DNA of 59,563 nt, filler included, from Rhizaria sp. SCN 62-66 (Eukaryota), in assembly GCA_001724265.1 (NCBI GenBank). It is 2 parts of 2 records of this genome, joined end to end, with 100 filler letters (N's around TTAATTAATTAA, not from the genome) between each part and the next. Parts side by side here need not be neighbours in the genome. Positions count along the whole stretch, not along the records: positions 1 to 29,845 come from MEDY01000376.1; 1 more part is not named here. One strand, 5' to 3'. How positions within the stretch are numbered: the first letter of the stretch is position 1; each line of letters starts with the position of its first letter. This document shows, piece by piece, positions 11,601 through 23,718 of this stretch. The notes beneath the pieces were generated by a model. The model ran no database searches. It was not told where the DNA came from and was given only the letters and a program-made list of their open reading frames with translations. The translations under genes and the position numbers were made by a program.

Positions 11601-14377
11601 TAGATTCGAAGTCTAAGTATCTTGACACGGTCTCTAAGTATCTTAACAACAGCCTCTACAATGCCTACAATAGCAGTCACAGCGACACGAACAACACCCG
11701 TTCTAACGTCGCGAGGGTCAATGCTCATAGCTTTGTCGACATCACTGTCGGTGCCAGTGCGGCCTACTGCGCGCCCGGGTGCCCCGTCGCTTGGATCGGT
11801 GACGGCGTCTGCGACAGCGTGTGCGACTGTGAGAGCTGCGGGTACGACCGGGGTGACTGTGACGTCACGCTTGCGCAACTTGCGAAAACGCCCGTTAAAC
11901 TTGCTAAATCCCAGTCAAAGGCCACTGAAGCTAAGGACGAGACGGCATCACAGTCGAGTTCTGAGGCATCACCGCAGGCACAGTCAGAGTCTGTGACAGA
12001 GCCCAATTCTGCGACGTTGTTGGTGGAGGCAAAGCTCAAGCTACTGCTTGATAAACAGACCGCACTGCATCACAGGATCCGGCTGTTATTGCGCGATCTG
12101 AGCAGCTGGGGCGGTGCTGTGAACGTAGAGGAGGCGTCATCTGACGACTCCGCCACTGGCGCGACTGCGAATGGCAGCATCGACAACAATGATCTGTCTG
12201 CCAGCGAAAGTGGCAGTGATATCTCTGGACTAGGTATCAAGCCGCAGTCGCTGCCCCAGTCGCCGACCCAGTCGCTGATCCAAACGATTGTCGATAGGCT
12301 CAACAAGAACCGTGCTGCGCACACAGTTACGTTTGCAGCGCCGCAGACCGTCGGCCGCTCCCGCTACTTTGCGTTCAACACAAACACCAACAACGCGACA
12401 ACGACGACGGCTAAGCCTAAAAAGATTTCCTCCTCCGCCGCTGCTGTCTTAGCGGCCGCAGAGCGGGACTTCGGCATTGACACCTCCCCGTGGCCTGCAG
12501 TCAAGCCCGGAATGCAGCTGTACGCGCAGCGGTCGCTGGATGCCGTGTCGGCGTGGATGGTGGGCGTGCTGGCGGCGTCGTTTCACAACAGGCCGCGCGG
12601 GCGCCGGCACGACCACGACGGCGCCAGTCGCAAACTCAACGAAATCAAGAACAAAAACAACCACAACAACAACGCTAGCTCAAGCGCAAGCTCTCCATCA
12701 AGCTCTAGTGCGAAAAGAAGCTCTGTTTCTGCTTCCGATGCGTCGTCTTCACTCGCTGCCTCTGTCTCCCGCGCCACCTCGGCCTCCACAGCTGTGCGTT
12801 CGCTTTCGTGGTGGCGGTGGCCGGTGACTCCCGCGTTCCCCGCCGTCAACGGACTCCACGAACCCGTGCCGCCCGTGCGCGCCGCGGACTGGTGGGCACG
12901 CGTACGGCCAGACTTTTTCGGTCCAACTCCGATCGCAACGTGGGAAAAAGAGCGCGACGCTAGTTATGCGTTTATTCTCTCCCGCAGCATGGCGCTGATG
13001 CGTAAACTCACCGTCTCTCCGTTCAAATCCGCGCTCCCGCACAAGCCCCAAGTCGGCAACAAGCACGTGTACGCGCGTCTGCAGGCGTTGCTACCCCATG
13101 AATATCGCCTCCTTGAGTCCCACCGATTCCGCGACCCTGGAGACATCCAGTTCGGCTACGCGCTCGCCGCCTTCACGCTCGGGGCTCGCCACCCGTCGCT
13201 GCTCTCGCTCGCGCGCGGGTTCCTCGCCGCGTTCGACGGGGACTGTGACGCGGCGGCGCGCAAGGGCGAGCTCAAGGCGCTGCTGCGAGCGTTGTTCACG
13301 CCGCCCAAAGTGGGGCTGATGGACTGGCAGAAGCACGCCGCGAGGGAGAGGGTTGCGCGGTGGCCCTTCAGGGCGCCGCTTGTGCCGCCACTTTGCGCTG
13401 ACGATAGCATGGACGAAGCTACGAGAGCGAGTGATGTGAACGACGGTGCTTTTGATCGTGAGATTGATGATCTTGATAGCGTCAACACTGCATTTGCGAC
13501 ACCAGGTGATGTCAACAGTGAGTATTCAACCGCAGCGGCTTCCGCGTACACTCTCGTGGATGATAATGGTGGTGAGGCAGGCACTGTTGCGACCGATGAG
13601 TGGCATTTTCCGTGTGTGCCCCGCCGCAACCTTCAAACCCACTTCTCTGCCTCTGCCTCTACCTCTGCTGCGTCTAGTACAAACAACGGTGCTGCGAACT
13701 CTGATTCGAGCTTTGCCGGTTATGACGATGACGCTGAGATAAGCGACAATGCTGCGTTTGCCACTGTTGCGCAGCCGTCTGTGTGGCATGCGACACTGGC
13801 GTCGGCTCCCGCGCTGCCCGACGGACGACTTCTTGAGTCCCTCACCGATCGTGAGACGCTGAATAAGCTTGTTGACGCAGCTCCGTGGACTCTATACCGT
13901 CGCAAAACCCACCGTCGCAGCACTCGCGCCAACGGCAACAGCGGTGGTGACACTGAAAGTGGCACTGCCAGTGACAGCGATGGTGGCAGTGACAGTGAGC
14001 CGACGCTGCGGGTGAGCGACCTGTTGCGCTGGCCGCTGGCGCGCGCCGCTTTAGCACAGATCCACTGGGCTCATTTCCCGTTGTACCATTCAGAGTCTCC
14101 TGTGCACGCCGACACGACCGCGTATGTCGGACTCGTCGACAACGCGGTCACGCGCGACGACGGCGTCGCCGCCGCGGCCACGGTCACGCGGTTGCTCACG
14201 GGGCCCAAGCGGCGACGTGTGTTTGTCTGCGTCAATGACGCCGCGCATGTGCCTCTCACTGAAGCCTTTGTTAAGCGTGTCGGGGATGCGTTTAACGGAG
14301 CGTTTCCGGAGCCTGCGCCGTGGGAGCTTGACGGGGCGCAGGCAGCTGCTGCTGCTGCTGCTGCTGAGACGCTATGA
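8660..14377 (+). CDS. GNPTAB: Stealth-family GlcNAc-1-phosphotransferase alpha/beta-like protein with two LNR (Notch) repeats, 1905 aa
   Basis: Stealth CR1 PIDAVYTWVNGSD; CR2 ELRYSMRSLLKNAPWFRHIYLVT...AIESALHRIPGLSDNFVYVNDD; LNR repeats CAAGC..IGDGICQPAC..CEWDLGDC and CAPGC..WIGDGVCDSVC..CGYDRGDC; CR3 PHKP..HRFRDPGDIQF; CR4 FVCVND..FPEPAPWE; N-terminal TM segment. Stop TGA. Confidence 0.9.
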   Translation: MLANSCNNNYSSSDDNEDDEGDWTEDQSPTALALSPSQRSPQSRSSPVSSRRSLTSLLRHWHGRRLLVLAVALCVVTAGCVTIAPAATRSVATAVSESSASLLSLLPLASAVDRSKLVVLRAITPPIGSDSENSGSDAGDSGSDRDRNGSASPGPPSSKQSRQGQHQVQEHEPLAKPRIRTSLSSDSDAAETGSALVTVADLAEYRHVPASFFHHGSAGAASSGAVSSKTQTIPFVSSKSPFVVLLGPLETCGLCDAIPIDSSDTNVNANSKSTGRGRSSGFHVPKDGNGCFAPPQPRSNPYIILPPPSADAFAGTQGTPGSRTPTGDREQLLEHGLPLYWHSHDGVSRYRPYTLQQHQSTNIYMTTNTGTESDSDNESDSVQTPAAVATGALGSAVAATSPGAESSSSSSHTFAPPSAPLPPFHCRHCLGGPVCAPTAAEAAAHAAKATLLSKPTPHGRRPSARLARVQAMAAQAQELLQSQSTSGAMQPSRPLRSPWQSITGLRYPVADCVEPIDAVYTWVNGSDATVAAAKERALHALESWVAPVAGAAAPAPDLHSLEDNRFRDLGELRYSMRSLLKNAPWFRHIYLVTSGETPTWLNLSHPAIRVIPHKDIFLRPESNAPSFSSSAIESALHRIPGLSDNFVYVNDDVFFALPTKQGEFWSPRHGLRVERTHAELTQCAAGCDTAFIGDGICQPACMAEACEWDLGDCERNYLRAPAPWEVYDMLLALATPDAGVIASHAPSTSSVNAKGAGSSSGVTGNANVAAAVAATLAAFGANGMKRWTRISDRPRLPLAPVSSAELQWSTLPLDSANSTTYTLSGRPISNGKNGTSGGNSSLLLEAVTGSYAPFYSATGFLRGSFPHHNKLRRSAAAKNNNDNSQNGKVHTSGLPHVSDDTRDSSPPRTAAQTRHRAHPLLRRLAFAGAREIALLLNAPPASFAAHWAAGYLDPMSMPLHLRKQYMELEMNEADEASKEYLDSKSKYLDTVSKYLNNSLYNAYNSSHSDTNNTRSNVARVNAHSFVDITVGASAAYCAPGCPVAWIGDGVCDSVCDCESCGYDRGDCDVTLAQLAKTPVKLAKSQSKATEAKDETASQSSSEASPQAQSESVTEPNSATLLVEAKLKLLLDKQTALHHRIRLLLRDLSSWGGAVNVEEASSDDSATGATANGSIDNNDLSASESGSDISGLGIKPQSLPQSPTQSLIQTIVDRLNKNRAAHTVTFAAPQTVGRSRYFAFNTNTNNATTTTAKPKKISSSAAAVLAAAERDFGIDTSPWPAVKPGMQLYAQRSLDAVSAWMVGVLAASFHNRPRGRRHDHDGASRKLNEIKNKNNHNNNASSSASSPSSSSAKRSSVSASDASSSLAASVSRATSASTAVRSLSWWRWPVTPAFPAVNGLHEPVPPVRAADWWARVRPDFFGPTPIATWEKERDASYAFILSRSMALMRKLTVSPFKSALPHKPQVGNKHVYARLQALLPHEYRLLESHRFRDPGDIQFGYALAAFTLGARHPSLLSLARGFLAAFDGDCDAAARKGELKALLRALFTPPKVGLMDWQKHAARERVARWPFRAPLVPPLCADDSMDEATRASDVNDGAFDREIDDLDSVNTAFATPGDVNSEYSTAAASAYTLVDDNGGEAGTVATDEWHFPCVPRRNLQTHFSASASTSAASSTNNGAANSDSSFAGYDDDAEISDNAAFATVAQPSVWHATLASAPALPDGRLLESLTDRETLNKLVDAAPWTLYRRKTHRRSTRANGNSGGDTESGTASDSDGGSDSEPTLRVSDLLRWPLARAALAQIHWAHFPLYHSESPVHADTTAYVGLVDNAVTRDDGVAAAATVTRLLTGPKRRRVFVCVNDAAHVPLTEAFVKRVGDAFNGAFPEPAPWELDGAQAAAAAAAAETL

Positions 14378-15272
14378 GCGCGAAGTAAAGTGAATATGAG
14401 CCGTCACTGAAAACACGTACGAGCAAGGCATTGACATGTTGTACGTGGAGAAAATGTGCTTAGACAAGAATGAAAAGTCAGAAATCGTATTTTTAATATC
14501 TAAAATTTGATTGTTTACTTAGTTTTTACGATACATATTGACATACTTACGACCTACAATTGTTAAAGTTAGGACACCTGTCATTTGAGTTCGGGGTGAG
14601 TGAATTTGATAATTTTTCTACGTATGAGTTCATGCAAGGAGTTAACAAATGTATGATATTTATCTTGATAATTTTCAAATCCATATACCTCAATCTGATA
14701 TTCTTGTTGACTTGGATTGATATCTCATTCTAGAAATTACCTTCAAAATGTTTCTTAACATGCACACGCGTGTATAATCGACTTGTAGTGACTCGTTCAC
14801 AAAACAACCAAGCGCCGCACGCGCCGCCTCGGGAGCCAACCTGAGCGAGTTGTAATCTGCTCTTCGTTGATAATAAACGCCTTCGTGCTGAAGCGAAAGC
14901 GGAGTAAACGTGTTGATTTTAGAGGGATTTTTATTTTATAGTGGGCGTTGTCTTTATTTTTTTGGATCTCAGAGGGATTGGGGCGAAACTTTTTCGACAA
15001 AGTCGTACTTCAAGTCCTCGCCTGGACGGAACCTCGCAAGCGTCTCCTTAAGGCGAGAGTGTGCTGCGCGAGCAGCTTTAATCTTATCTTGTAAGGAAAT
15101 GAAACTGTATTGAAACTGTATCTGAAACTAGGTACTTTCGGTCGATTATAAGTCCAACAGCCGTGAATGTTGGTTGAGAACATATCAAATGCATGCTGCA
15201 AGATAACGTAGAGCGCGTAATAAAACATCTACATTTGGCGTTAGATTCGACAACAAGAAGGGCACATTGCAC

Positions 15273-17184
15273 TCACAGGTCGTCATCGTCGTCCACAGGC
15301 GCCGCAGCTGTCGTCGTCGCCGCAGCGGCCGCGGTCGCCGCCGTCGCCGCACTGCTCGCGCTCGCGGCGGCGGCGGCGGCGGCCTCGTTGCGCGCGACGA
15401 ATGCAGCCTCGACGTCGGGGCGGGTTGCGCGCAGGTAGGCCACGAAGTCGTCCACGCCGGTGTTCCAAGCGTCCGTCTCCTTGTGCTTGCTGTTGTGGGG
15501 CGCGTGTGTAAGAGATCAAAGAAGGGGGAAATTGTTAGAATAACGCTTGATATATATCTCGGCTGATATGATGTAGAAAAAATGTTCTTATAAATTCATA
15601 GTTAATGGAATGAAACATAATGAAATGCATGTCTTAAAGCAAAATGGCGTACGTGATATCGTTGCCGACGTGCTGCGCGAAGGCGTAGACGCTGAGCCAG
15701 AGGTCCGAGTTGACCTGGTTGAGCTTGGCGCGGGCAAAGGCGAGCCAGTCGTTGATGTAAGCCCAGGGCTTGGGGAAGGGGAAGCGGGGCATGACCTCGC
15801 GCCAGAATTCGACGGCCTCGGAGACCACTAAGCAGACAGAGCAAATGTAGCCAATGAATGAGAATAGCATGTGACGCAGGTGCGGACATATAGAAAGTGG
15901 AATCAGTGTTAGAAAATGTTGTTACATGTGCAAATCCTAGCGTAACAACGTAAATATGACGAAATTACATTATATTGTAGTTGATTATTGTGTAACGTTA
16001 TCTGAAAGATGATATTTGCGACGTACGGAGGACCTTGCGTCCGCTATCGGCCTTGGCGAACCCGAAGAGCCAGGCGTAGAGCTCGCGGAAGTTGGTCGGG
16101 CTGGCAAGGCGGGTACGCGTGGTCTCGAGTTGTGCCGTAATGTCGCGCATCGTGCGGCACTCCATGCCCGCAAAACCCTAGGCGTGGACAAGCACGCATA
16201 CAGAAAAACAATAACGAGAAGACGGCAAAATGAGCAAGAGAACAAATACAAAATGCGGTAGAAACAGTCACTGAAATTTAGTGTGCCTTTGATGTTTTAA
16301 TAATATTTAATACTACATTAGTGTGTTATATACTGATATAGTTGTGTTTCGCGCGCGTACATTGACGAACTCGTCGCGCGTGATCACAGCGGGCTCAGCG
16401 CACTTGAGCCTCCACGCGACCGCGAAAGGCATCACGGACTGGCGTGTGTCAGAAGGCACGCCGGCGTCGGCGAAAAAGCGCGCCAGGCCGTCGTCAACAA
16501 TTAGGTCCTCGTCCTCACCCTCGCCCTGGGGAGGGGACAGGGGCGGTGAACGACGCAGAGAGAGAGAGAATGGATTGGGGCGAAGTGAGTAAGTAAAGGG
16601 GATGTGTGTTAAAGGTCGGCGCGAAACGCCAATTGATACCTAAAGATGTACACGTAAAAAAGGAAAAACAGTACGCAATATTGACGCCATTGTACCGGTT
16701 TTATAGTTGATTGGTTGCTTTTCTGAGGACGTACGGCGTATTTGTCGAAGAGCTTGGTGAGGAGCTCGCTGCACTCGGCGAAGGTCTGCTTCTTGCGGCG
16801 AATCATCGGGTCGCTGTTGTACATGCTAATCGCGCGGTCCACGTCGTTCTGCGCCTGATTTAGGAAACGGGTGGCGACCTATGAGCAACAGTATCAAAGC
16901 AGCGGTATGGATAGAGAGCAGGGGGGAGAGTGAGAGTGATGGTGAGAGGGAAGGTGAACTAGATTAAGGCCAGTTGAAAGCGTTATCACCATTGCTAAGA
17001 AAATAATAGTACAAATTCGATAGAACCGTACCTCAAGTGTGTCGTTAGTCCTCTGCATGAAGCGAATCGCAAGCGGGTTAGACTGCAGAGGGGCAAAGAG
17101 AGACGAGAAGGATTGGATAGATGTGAGTCATCAGTCGTGTTTGGGGCGAGACAGATGCTGGCGCAAAGATCAAAGACGTACCAT
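15273..17184 (-). CDS. DCN1: DCN1-like neddylation E3 (UBA-like + PONY domain), 301 aa; exons 17184-17182, 17082-17032, 16878-16735, 16525-16361, 16177-16027, 15827-15653, 15489-15273
   Basis: Spliced product: MSNPLAIRFMQRTNDTLEVATRFLNQAQNDVDRAISMY...KLFDKYA...AVAWRLKC..ITRDEFVNGF...FRELYAWLFGFAK...DLWLSVYAFA...DAWNTGVDDFVAYL. All six introns are GTACG...YAG and phase-consistent. Stop TGA. Confidence 0.9.
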
Positions 17185-17487
17185 TTTGGAAAATGTGAAC
17201 CTATAAAAAATCAAGAAGGGTAAACGGAAGTACAAAGTTGGATCGTTAGACGGAGTCCTGAATGTTGCAAAGACAATTCATTTCAAACACTTATCGTCGC
17301 CTCTTCTTGCCCGCCGGCCATCGGTGGCACCAGTGGCTCACGGCTACGGAACTATTCCTTCACTCATGGGTCATGATGAAATCAAAACGCGACAAAAGTG
17401 GAAATACAGATAGTTCTTGTGTATTCAAATTATAATAACTCGCTTTGAATCGAATAATTGGTAGATACTCTGTAGCTATAGATCGCT

Positions 17488-20400
17488 TTACATGACGACG
17501 CACTCATCGGGCCCGGTTGCGCACATCCGGCTCGACTCCGCTTTTTCCCGCGCCGCCGCCGCCGCCGCCGCCGTAGCGCCGCTCCCGCCGACCGCGCCGC
17601 CCCTGCGCACGTGCCACGTCTCCCCGCCCTCGCCCTCGGCCTCGGCCTCGCTAGGCTCGCGCTCAGAGGCGTCCGCGTCAGTGCCAGCGCCACCACCACC
17701 ATCACCACCAGCGGCGGCAGCGGCAGCGGCAGCGGCAGCCTTTTCGCGGCGCCTAATCCGCTCAGCCGCCGCGGCCCGAGCCGCCTCCGCGCCGCCCGCG
17801 CCCGCGGGGTCGTCCTGCGTGTGCGCGTGTGTGTGCGAGTGCGAGGGCTCGGGTGCGTGCGCTGGCGAGAGGCCCAAAGCGGCGCGCAGAAAGGGCTCGT
17901 TCAAGATGAGCTCGCTGCACTCAGCCCACGGCAACAGCACCGCCTCCTGCTCTTGTTCGGTCTGCTCCTGCTTACCCTCGCCGTGCGCACCCGCGCTGCC
18001 GCTAGCGCTTGAGTTGCGGACGCTGGCGGCGGCGGGGAGCGGCAGCGGCGCGGGCAGCGGCTGGCCCAGCGCAACGGCCTGGATGAGCCCGACGAGCCTG
18101 CGCAGCTCAGCGTGGGTGAGCGCGCCGTCACCGTCGCCGTCGTGCAGTGCCAGACACAGAGCCACGCGCTGCGGTGCCGACGCAGTCACCAGCTGCAGCG
18201 CTGTCAAACACAGCAAGTCGCGCAGGTCGGCGAGGGGCAGCGGGGGCACGCGCAATGGCGCGGCAGCCGAAGACTTGCTACTGCGACTAGGCTTACCAGT
18301 CGGAGTCGCCACAGTTGCAGCGGCAGCAGCAGAAGTCCCCTCCGATGCGGTGCTATTCGCGCTAACGGAGGCGGCGGCGGCGGCGGCGGCGTCGGCGTTG
18401 TAGGAGTGGGTGAGCACGTTGCGGTCGAGCTGAGGCGCGTCAGGCATGCCCACAGTCAATTCCCGGCGAGACTTGCCCGCAGTGGTCACCGCATTCGCGG
18501 CTGCCGTCTGCTGCTGCTGTTGCTGCTGCTGTTGCTGCTGTTGTTGCTGTTGTTCGTCGCCACAGTCGCCGGCGCTGTCATACAGGAACTGGAGGTGCTC
18601 CGGCCGCAGCGCTGCGATGGCGAAGAGCCTCTCGAAGGGCGACACAGCGCTGGCGCCGCCAGCCCCCGCGCGCGCGGCATCGGTGGCGACGGCGGCGGCG
18701 CGGGCTTGGCCCCGGTGGCTCCGCATGGCGGCGCCCAAAAGCGCGGACAGCTGAGGCTGCGGCTGCGGACTCACAGTCGCAGTGGCAGTGGCAGTTCCAG
18801 GCGCAGGCGCAGACTCAGGATTGGTCGCAACACTGGAGCTGTCATTGGGGCTGCTGTGGCGCGACTTGGCGAGGGCCAACGCGCGGGACAACCGGACAGG
18901 CACGGTTCCTTCACTCGCACTCGTACTGATGCTGTTGGCGCCAGAGCGGGCCGCGTTGTTGGCGTCAGTCCACGCCTTGTGGATGGCGGCCGAGCGCGCG
19001 AGCAGGAGCGCGTCATGGGGCGCCAGCAGCAGCGCGGGGTCGATCCGGCTCAGAGTGCAGGCCAGGGCCAAGTCGACCGTAGACTGGAGAGAAACGGGGG
19101 GCAGGAACACGCACACGGCAGCGGCCGAGAGCTGTGACGACGCCGGAACCGACACCAAGCCAGAGCCAGAGCCAGAGCCAGGGCTGGCAGAGCGAGAGCC
19201 AGTCACAGAGACAGAAGCAGAGCATGTGTTGTTGCTGCTGTTGTTGTTGCTGAGAGTGGCAGCGAGGGTCGACACGGGGATGGCGCCCGCCCAGTGGCCG
19301 AGGCCAGCCGAGGACACCAGCTGCACCGGCCCCCAGACCACAGGCGGCGCACGCGCACGCGCACTCGCGCTTGGGGCACTAGAGCCAGAGGCCCTCGCAC
19401 GAGAGCTAGAACTTCCATTCCCATCAGTGTGAGCACTGGAGCCAAACTTCTTGTCTGAGTCCGCAGAGAGAGAGCTTGACAGTGCCAGCAGCGCCGGCGC
19501 GGCGAGAGCGCCAGTGCCACGGACCGTGCCAGCGGCGGGGTCGACGAACAGCGCAGACGCAGCCGCAGCCGCGGCCGCCGCCGGGTCCTGAGCAGCTCCG
19601 GCAGCGCTGGCCGCGGCGACCGCCAGCGGGGGCGGCTTAACTAACGGCGCGCCGCGGTGGGGCAGGACGTGGGCGGGGAAGCCAGCGCAGCGTAGCACGG
19701 CGATGAACTCAGCGCACGACACCAACCACGGGGCGCGGTGGCCGGGAGCGCGATCGCAGTCGCTAGAGTCTGCGTCCAGAGTCGAGCTGCTTTGACGGTC
19801 GGAGCCGCCAGTGCCAGTCTTTGCGGTCGTCGTGTTGCGCGTGTTGAAGAGAGAGCCCGCGCGCGCCAGGAAGTCTGTCATCCCCAGGGGCGCCCAGTGC
19901 GCGTGGTCGCAGTTGCTGTTCTGACTCTCACCGGCGCTGTTCGCACTTCCACTCGCACTCGCACTGGCCGCGTCATTGCTATTGTTATTGCTAGTGCTAT
20001 TGCCAGTGTGGGCGTTGTCCGTAACTGCAGAAAGACGCGCGACCAGCCCGCGCGCCTCTGCGACCCGGAAATCGCGCAGTTTGGCCTCCATGCCGCTGCT
20101 GCCCAGCCACTCAGCGCCAGCGGCGCCACCCGACGCGTTGCCAGTGCTCCCGCCCCGCGCGCTCCCGGAGTTGCAGCCGCTGCCACGGGACCCGCGCCAG
20201 AGCGCGTGCACAAACAGGGCCTCAGCCAACGCGTCGATGGGAAGCGCCCGCAGCGCCCGGAGCGCGCGCGCGACGCCGTTGGTGCCACGTAACGAGTGCA
20301 GATTGCGGCGGCGGCGCGCGCGGAGGGCGTCGACGTAGCTCAAAGCGGCACGCGAGCTGGGCATCAGCGGCGCTACCAGCAGACGCGGCAGCGCAGCCGC

Positions 20401-23400
20401 GCTCGCGGCAGGGGCAAGGGCACCGCCAGCCTTAGACTGAGACTGCGCCTGCGCCGGTGACCGGGAGTCGCTGCCGTTGCTGTGGTCGACGGCGGTGGCC
20501 GCGGTGGCCGCGGCGGTGGCGAGTGCGGCGCGCCACGTGCGGTCCGCAGAGTCCGGCGTGAGCGCGAGCGCGGGATGGTTCAGCGCGTATAGCAGCGCCG
20601 AGGCCGGAGTCGACGACAGAACCTCGGTCAGCACGGCCCACAGCACGCCCACGTCGACCTCGGCAGCAGCCGCGGAGCCAGGGGCGAAACGGGGGCGGGA
20701 GCGGGACCGAGAGCGGGCGCGGCCGTGGGCGTGGGCGTGACCGTGGCCGTGGCCGTGACCGCGAGAGTTGCGACTGCTGGAAGCAGAGCCGGCAGCACCT
20801 GTGGGAGAGCTCGAAGCAGCAGCGGAGGTGCGATCACTGAAGCTCGGCGCAGCACTCGCGCTCGCACTACCACTGCTGATGCTGTTGTTGCTCTTAAACA
20901 CCGAGTAGTGGTTATCGTTGGCGAGCGCGAGCGCCGTGGGCGCGGGACCCAAGCGTAGCACGTGCTCGTCGCCGTGGTCGATGATCTCATCAGTACCTGT
21001 GACTCCCGTGTTCGCAGTCGCCGTCGCCACCGCCTCGGCCGTCGCACTGGCGTCGGAGTCACCTCGGCGGGCATTGGCGAAGACAGTGCTCAGCGACGCT
21101 GCCACATCGTCAGTCTTGGTCGAGTCATGTGTTGTTGCTGTTGCAGCAGCAGCAGCAGCAGCGGCGGCGGCGGCGGTGGCAGCAGCCTTGGCCGAGGCCA
21201 GCGCCGCGGCAGTGGCAGCGGCGAGGACAGCAGGAGCCAACGCGCGCGCGCGGGCCAGCAACGGCGCCTCACCAGCAAAGGTGGCAGAGATAGCGCTGAG
21301 GGCGCCGGTAACACTGGCGTGGCGGGAGGCGGCAGCATGAGAAGCAGAATCAAGGTCATCAGGGAGCAGCACTTGCGACCACCGCGCTGTGAGATTAGCG
21401 TGGCGACGGCCAGAAGCACTCGCGTCCACACTTGCACTTCCACTCGCACTCGAGCTCGAGTTCGCGTGAGCGCGACGCTTGCGGGTCACGTCAGGGGTCT
21501 TGACATGAGTGATCCTGTCGCTGTCAGAGCCGCCCCCATTAGAGCCAGCAGAGTCATCACCTGAGCCAGAGCCGGAGTCATCGCCAGAGCGAGAGCTGGA
21601 ACTGGAGCTACGGCCTTCGACCTCAGCGGCCTCGGCAGCGGCGAGTTCCGCGCCCGCGGCCACGTCCCAAACGCTTGCGCTGTTGTTGACTGTCGGGGCC
21701 GAGACCGTCAGCCAGCGCCATAGGGCGGCGGCGGCGGCGGCGGCGGCGGCGGCCTCGCGCGCGCGGGCCAGGCCAGCCACCGTCGTCACCGTCGCGGGGC
21801 CGTCGGGCGCAAAGCCGCCGCTGCGAGAGCCGCCGTATTCGTGACTTACGGGGTCGTCGTCGTAGTAGTAGTAATCTTCGTCGTCAAAGTCGTCGTTGTC
21901 GTGAGCGGAAGCGTGCTTACTCTTGCTCTTGCTCTTGCTCTGAGAGCTGGTGTGGCCGATCCTAGTGCTCGTGTTGGTCTTGTTCTTGCTCTTGTTGGTA
22001 CGAGTGGTGTTGGTGTTGTCGCCGTCCCAGTCTGACCACTCGTCGCCGTAGCCCACATCCCCGCGGGCCAGCTGAGCGCGGCGGCGGGCGCGGGCGCGGC
22101 GCGCCTCGTCCCCGCCCGCCGCGCCCGCGTTAGCAGCGGAAGACGTGGAGCTAGAGCTAGAGCTGCTGCTGTTGGCAACTGCGGTGTTGCGCACACTGGT
22201 GACGTCGTCGTCGTCGTCGTTGTCGTCGGAGTTTGAGTTTGAGGAGAGGTAGTCGTGAATAGAGTCGTCGCCGTCTGAGCTGCTGTCGTAACGGCTGCTG
22301 CGGCTACTGCTACCGTCGTCGTCGTCGTCGTCGCTCGAGTCACCGCGCGCGCCTGCCGCAGCCAGAGCTGTCGCTGCAGGAGCGCTGCTTGCGTCGTTTT
22401 TGCCACTGACATCCTTGTTAGTGCTGTTGCTGTTATTGCTTGCACTGCCGCTTAGCTTGCTCGTGGCACGCTTGCCCTTCTTACTTTTGCTCTTATTCTT
22501 CCGGAAAGGCCGACGCTGCGAGCATGCCGTAAGGAAGAATAGCCCGCTCTTGTCAGCATCAGCCTCGCCAGCAGCGTCAGTCACGCCATTGTCACCATGT
22601 TCTGCTGTCGACGTCATCGTGTAGATGTGCGCGGCGGGCGCGGCGGCCGCCAGCGCGCGCAGGCGGCGCCGCGAACGCGGCAAAGCCACAGCGTACGCGC
22701 TCTCAGCCGCAGCAGAAGCAGCAGCAGCAGAAGCAGCAGCAGTCAGGAGAGAGCTAGAGCCAGCGCCAGCGCTATGAGAGCTATTGGAGCTGTCAGTGAC
22801 CGAACGGAGGCTGAGGGCAAGCGCCGCGCCGGGCTCGGGCCCTTCAGGAATCGAACTGTTACGAAGGGTATTGCTGCTGCTCGTGTTAGCAGATGCACTG
22901 GCGTTCTCTCCGTCGCCGTCGTCGTCGTCCTCGTAGTCGGGCATAACAACTGCAACAGGGGCGAATGGCTCGACACCATTACCGGTGCTCACCCTCTTCT
23001 GAGCACTAACAGTGCTTGACACGGCGTCGTCGTTGCCCGACGAGTTCTTGCGAGGCCGGGGAACCATGTTGCTCACAACGCCAGCGCCACGACTGCTCTT
23101 GCCCTGATCTCCATTACCACCATCAGCGTCCTCGTCGTCGTCGTCGTCGTCAGAGCCGTTGCGCTGTCGCCGCCGCTGCCTCTGTCCACCGGCGGCGGCG
23201 GCGGCGGCGGGCGGCGGCAGCAGCGGCAGACGCGGCGCGCCGTCGGCAGTAAAGCGCGCCTCGCCAGCGCAAACATCGGCCAGCGCCCGGCTCCGCACGC
23301 GCGCGCTCATCGCCACCGCCGCCGGCTCCGGCTCTGCCACGCCCACGCTCGCACTCGCGCTTGCGCCGGCGTTGTCGGTGGTGTCGTTAGGGTTCGCAAA

Positions 23401-23687
23401 CGAGGGCAGGAAGCCTGGTGCGCAGAGTCGCGAGGCCAGCGGCGCGCGCGCGCGGCGACGGCGGCGGGACGACACAGGCGCGGCGCCCGGCGCACGGTAG
23501 CTCGCGGGCGCGAAGGCCGCGACCAGCTCGGCCGCCGCCGCGGGGTCTTGGGCGAGGAACTAGGCCGCCGCGGCCTCGGCCATGACGACGGCGACGCTCG
23601 CGGTGTCGGAGTCAGTGCTGCCGGCGGCGACTGTCAGCGCACTGCCACTGCCACTGCTGCCGTTGGCGTTGCTGCTGCTGTTGCTGC

Positions 23688-23718
<31 letters not shown>

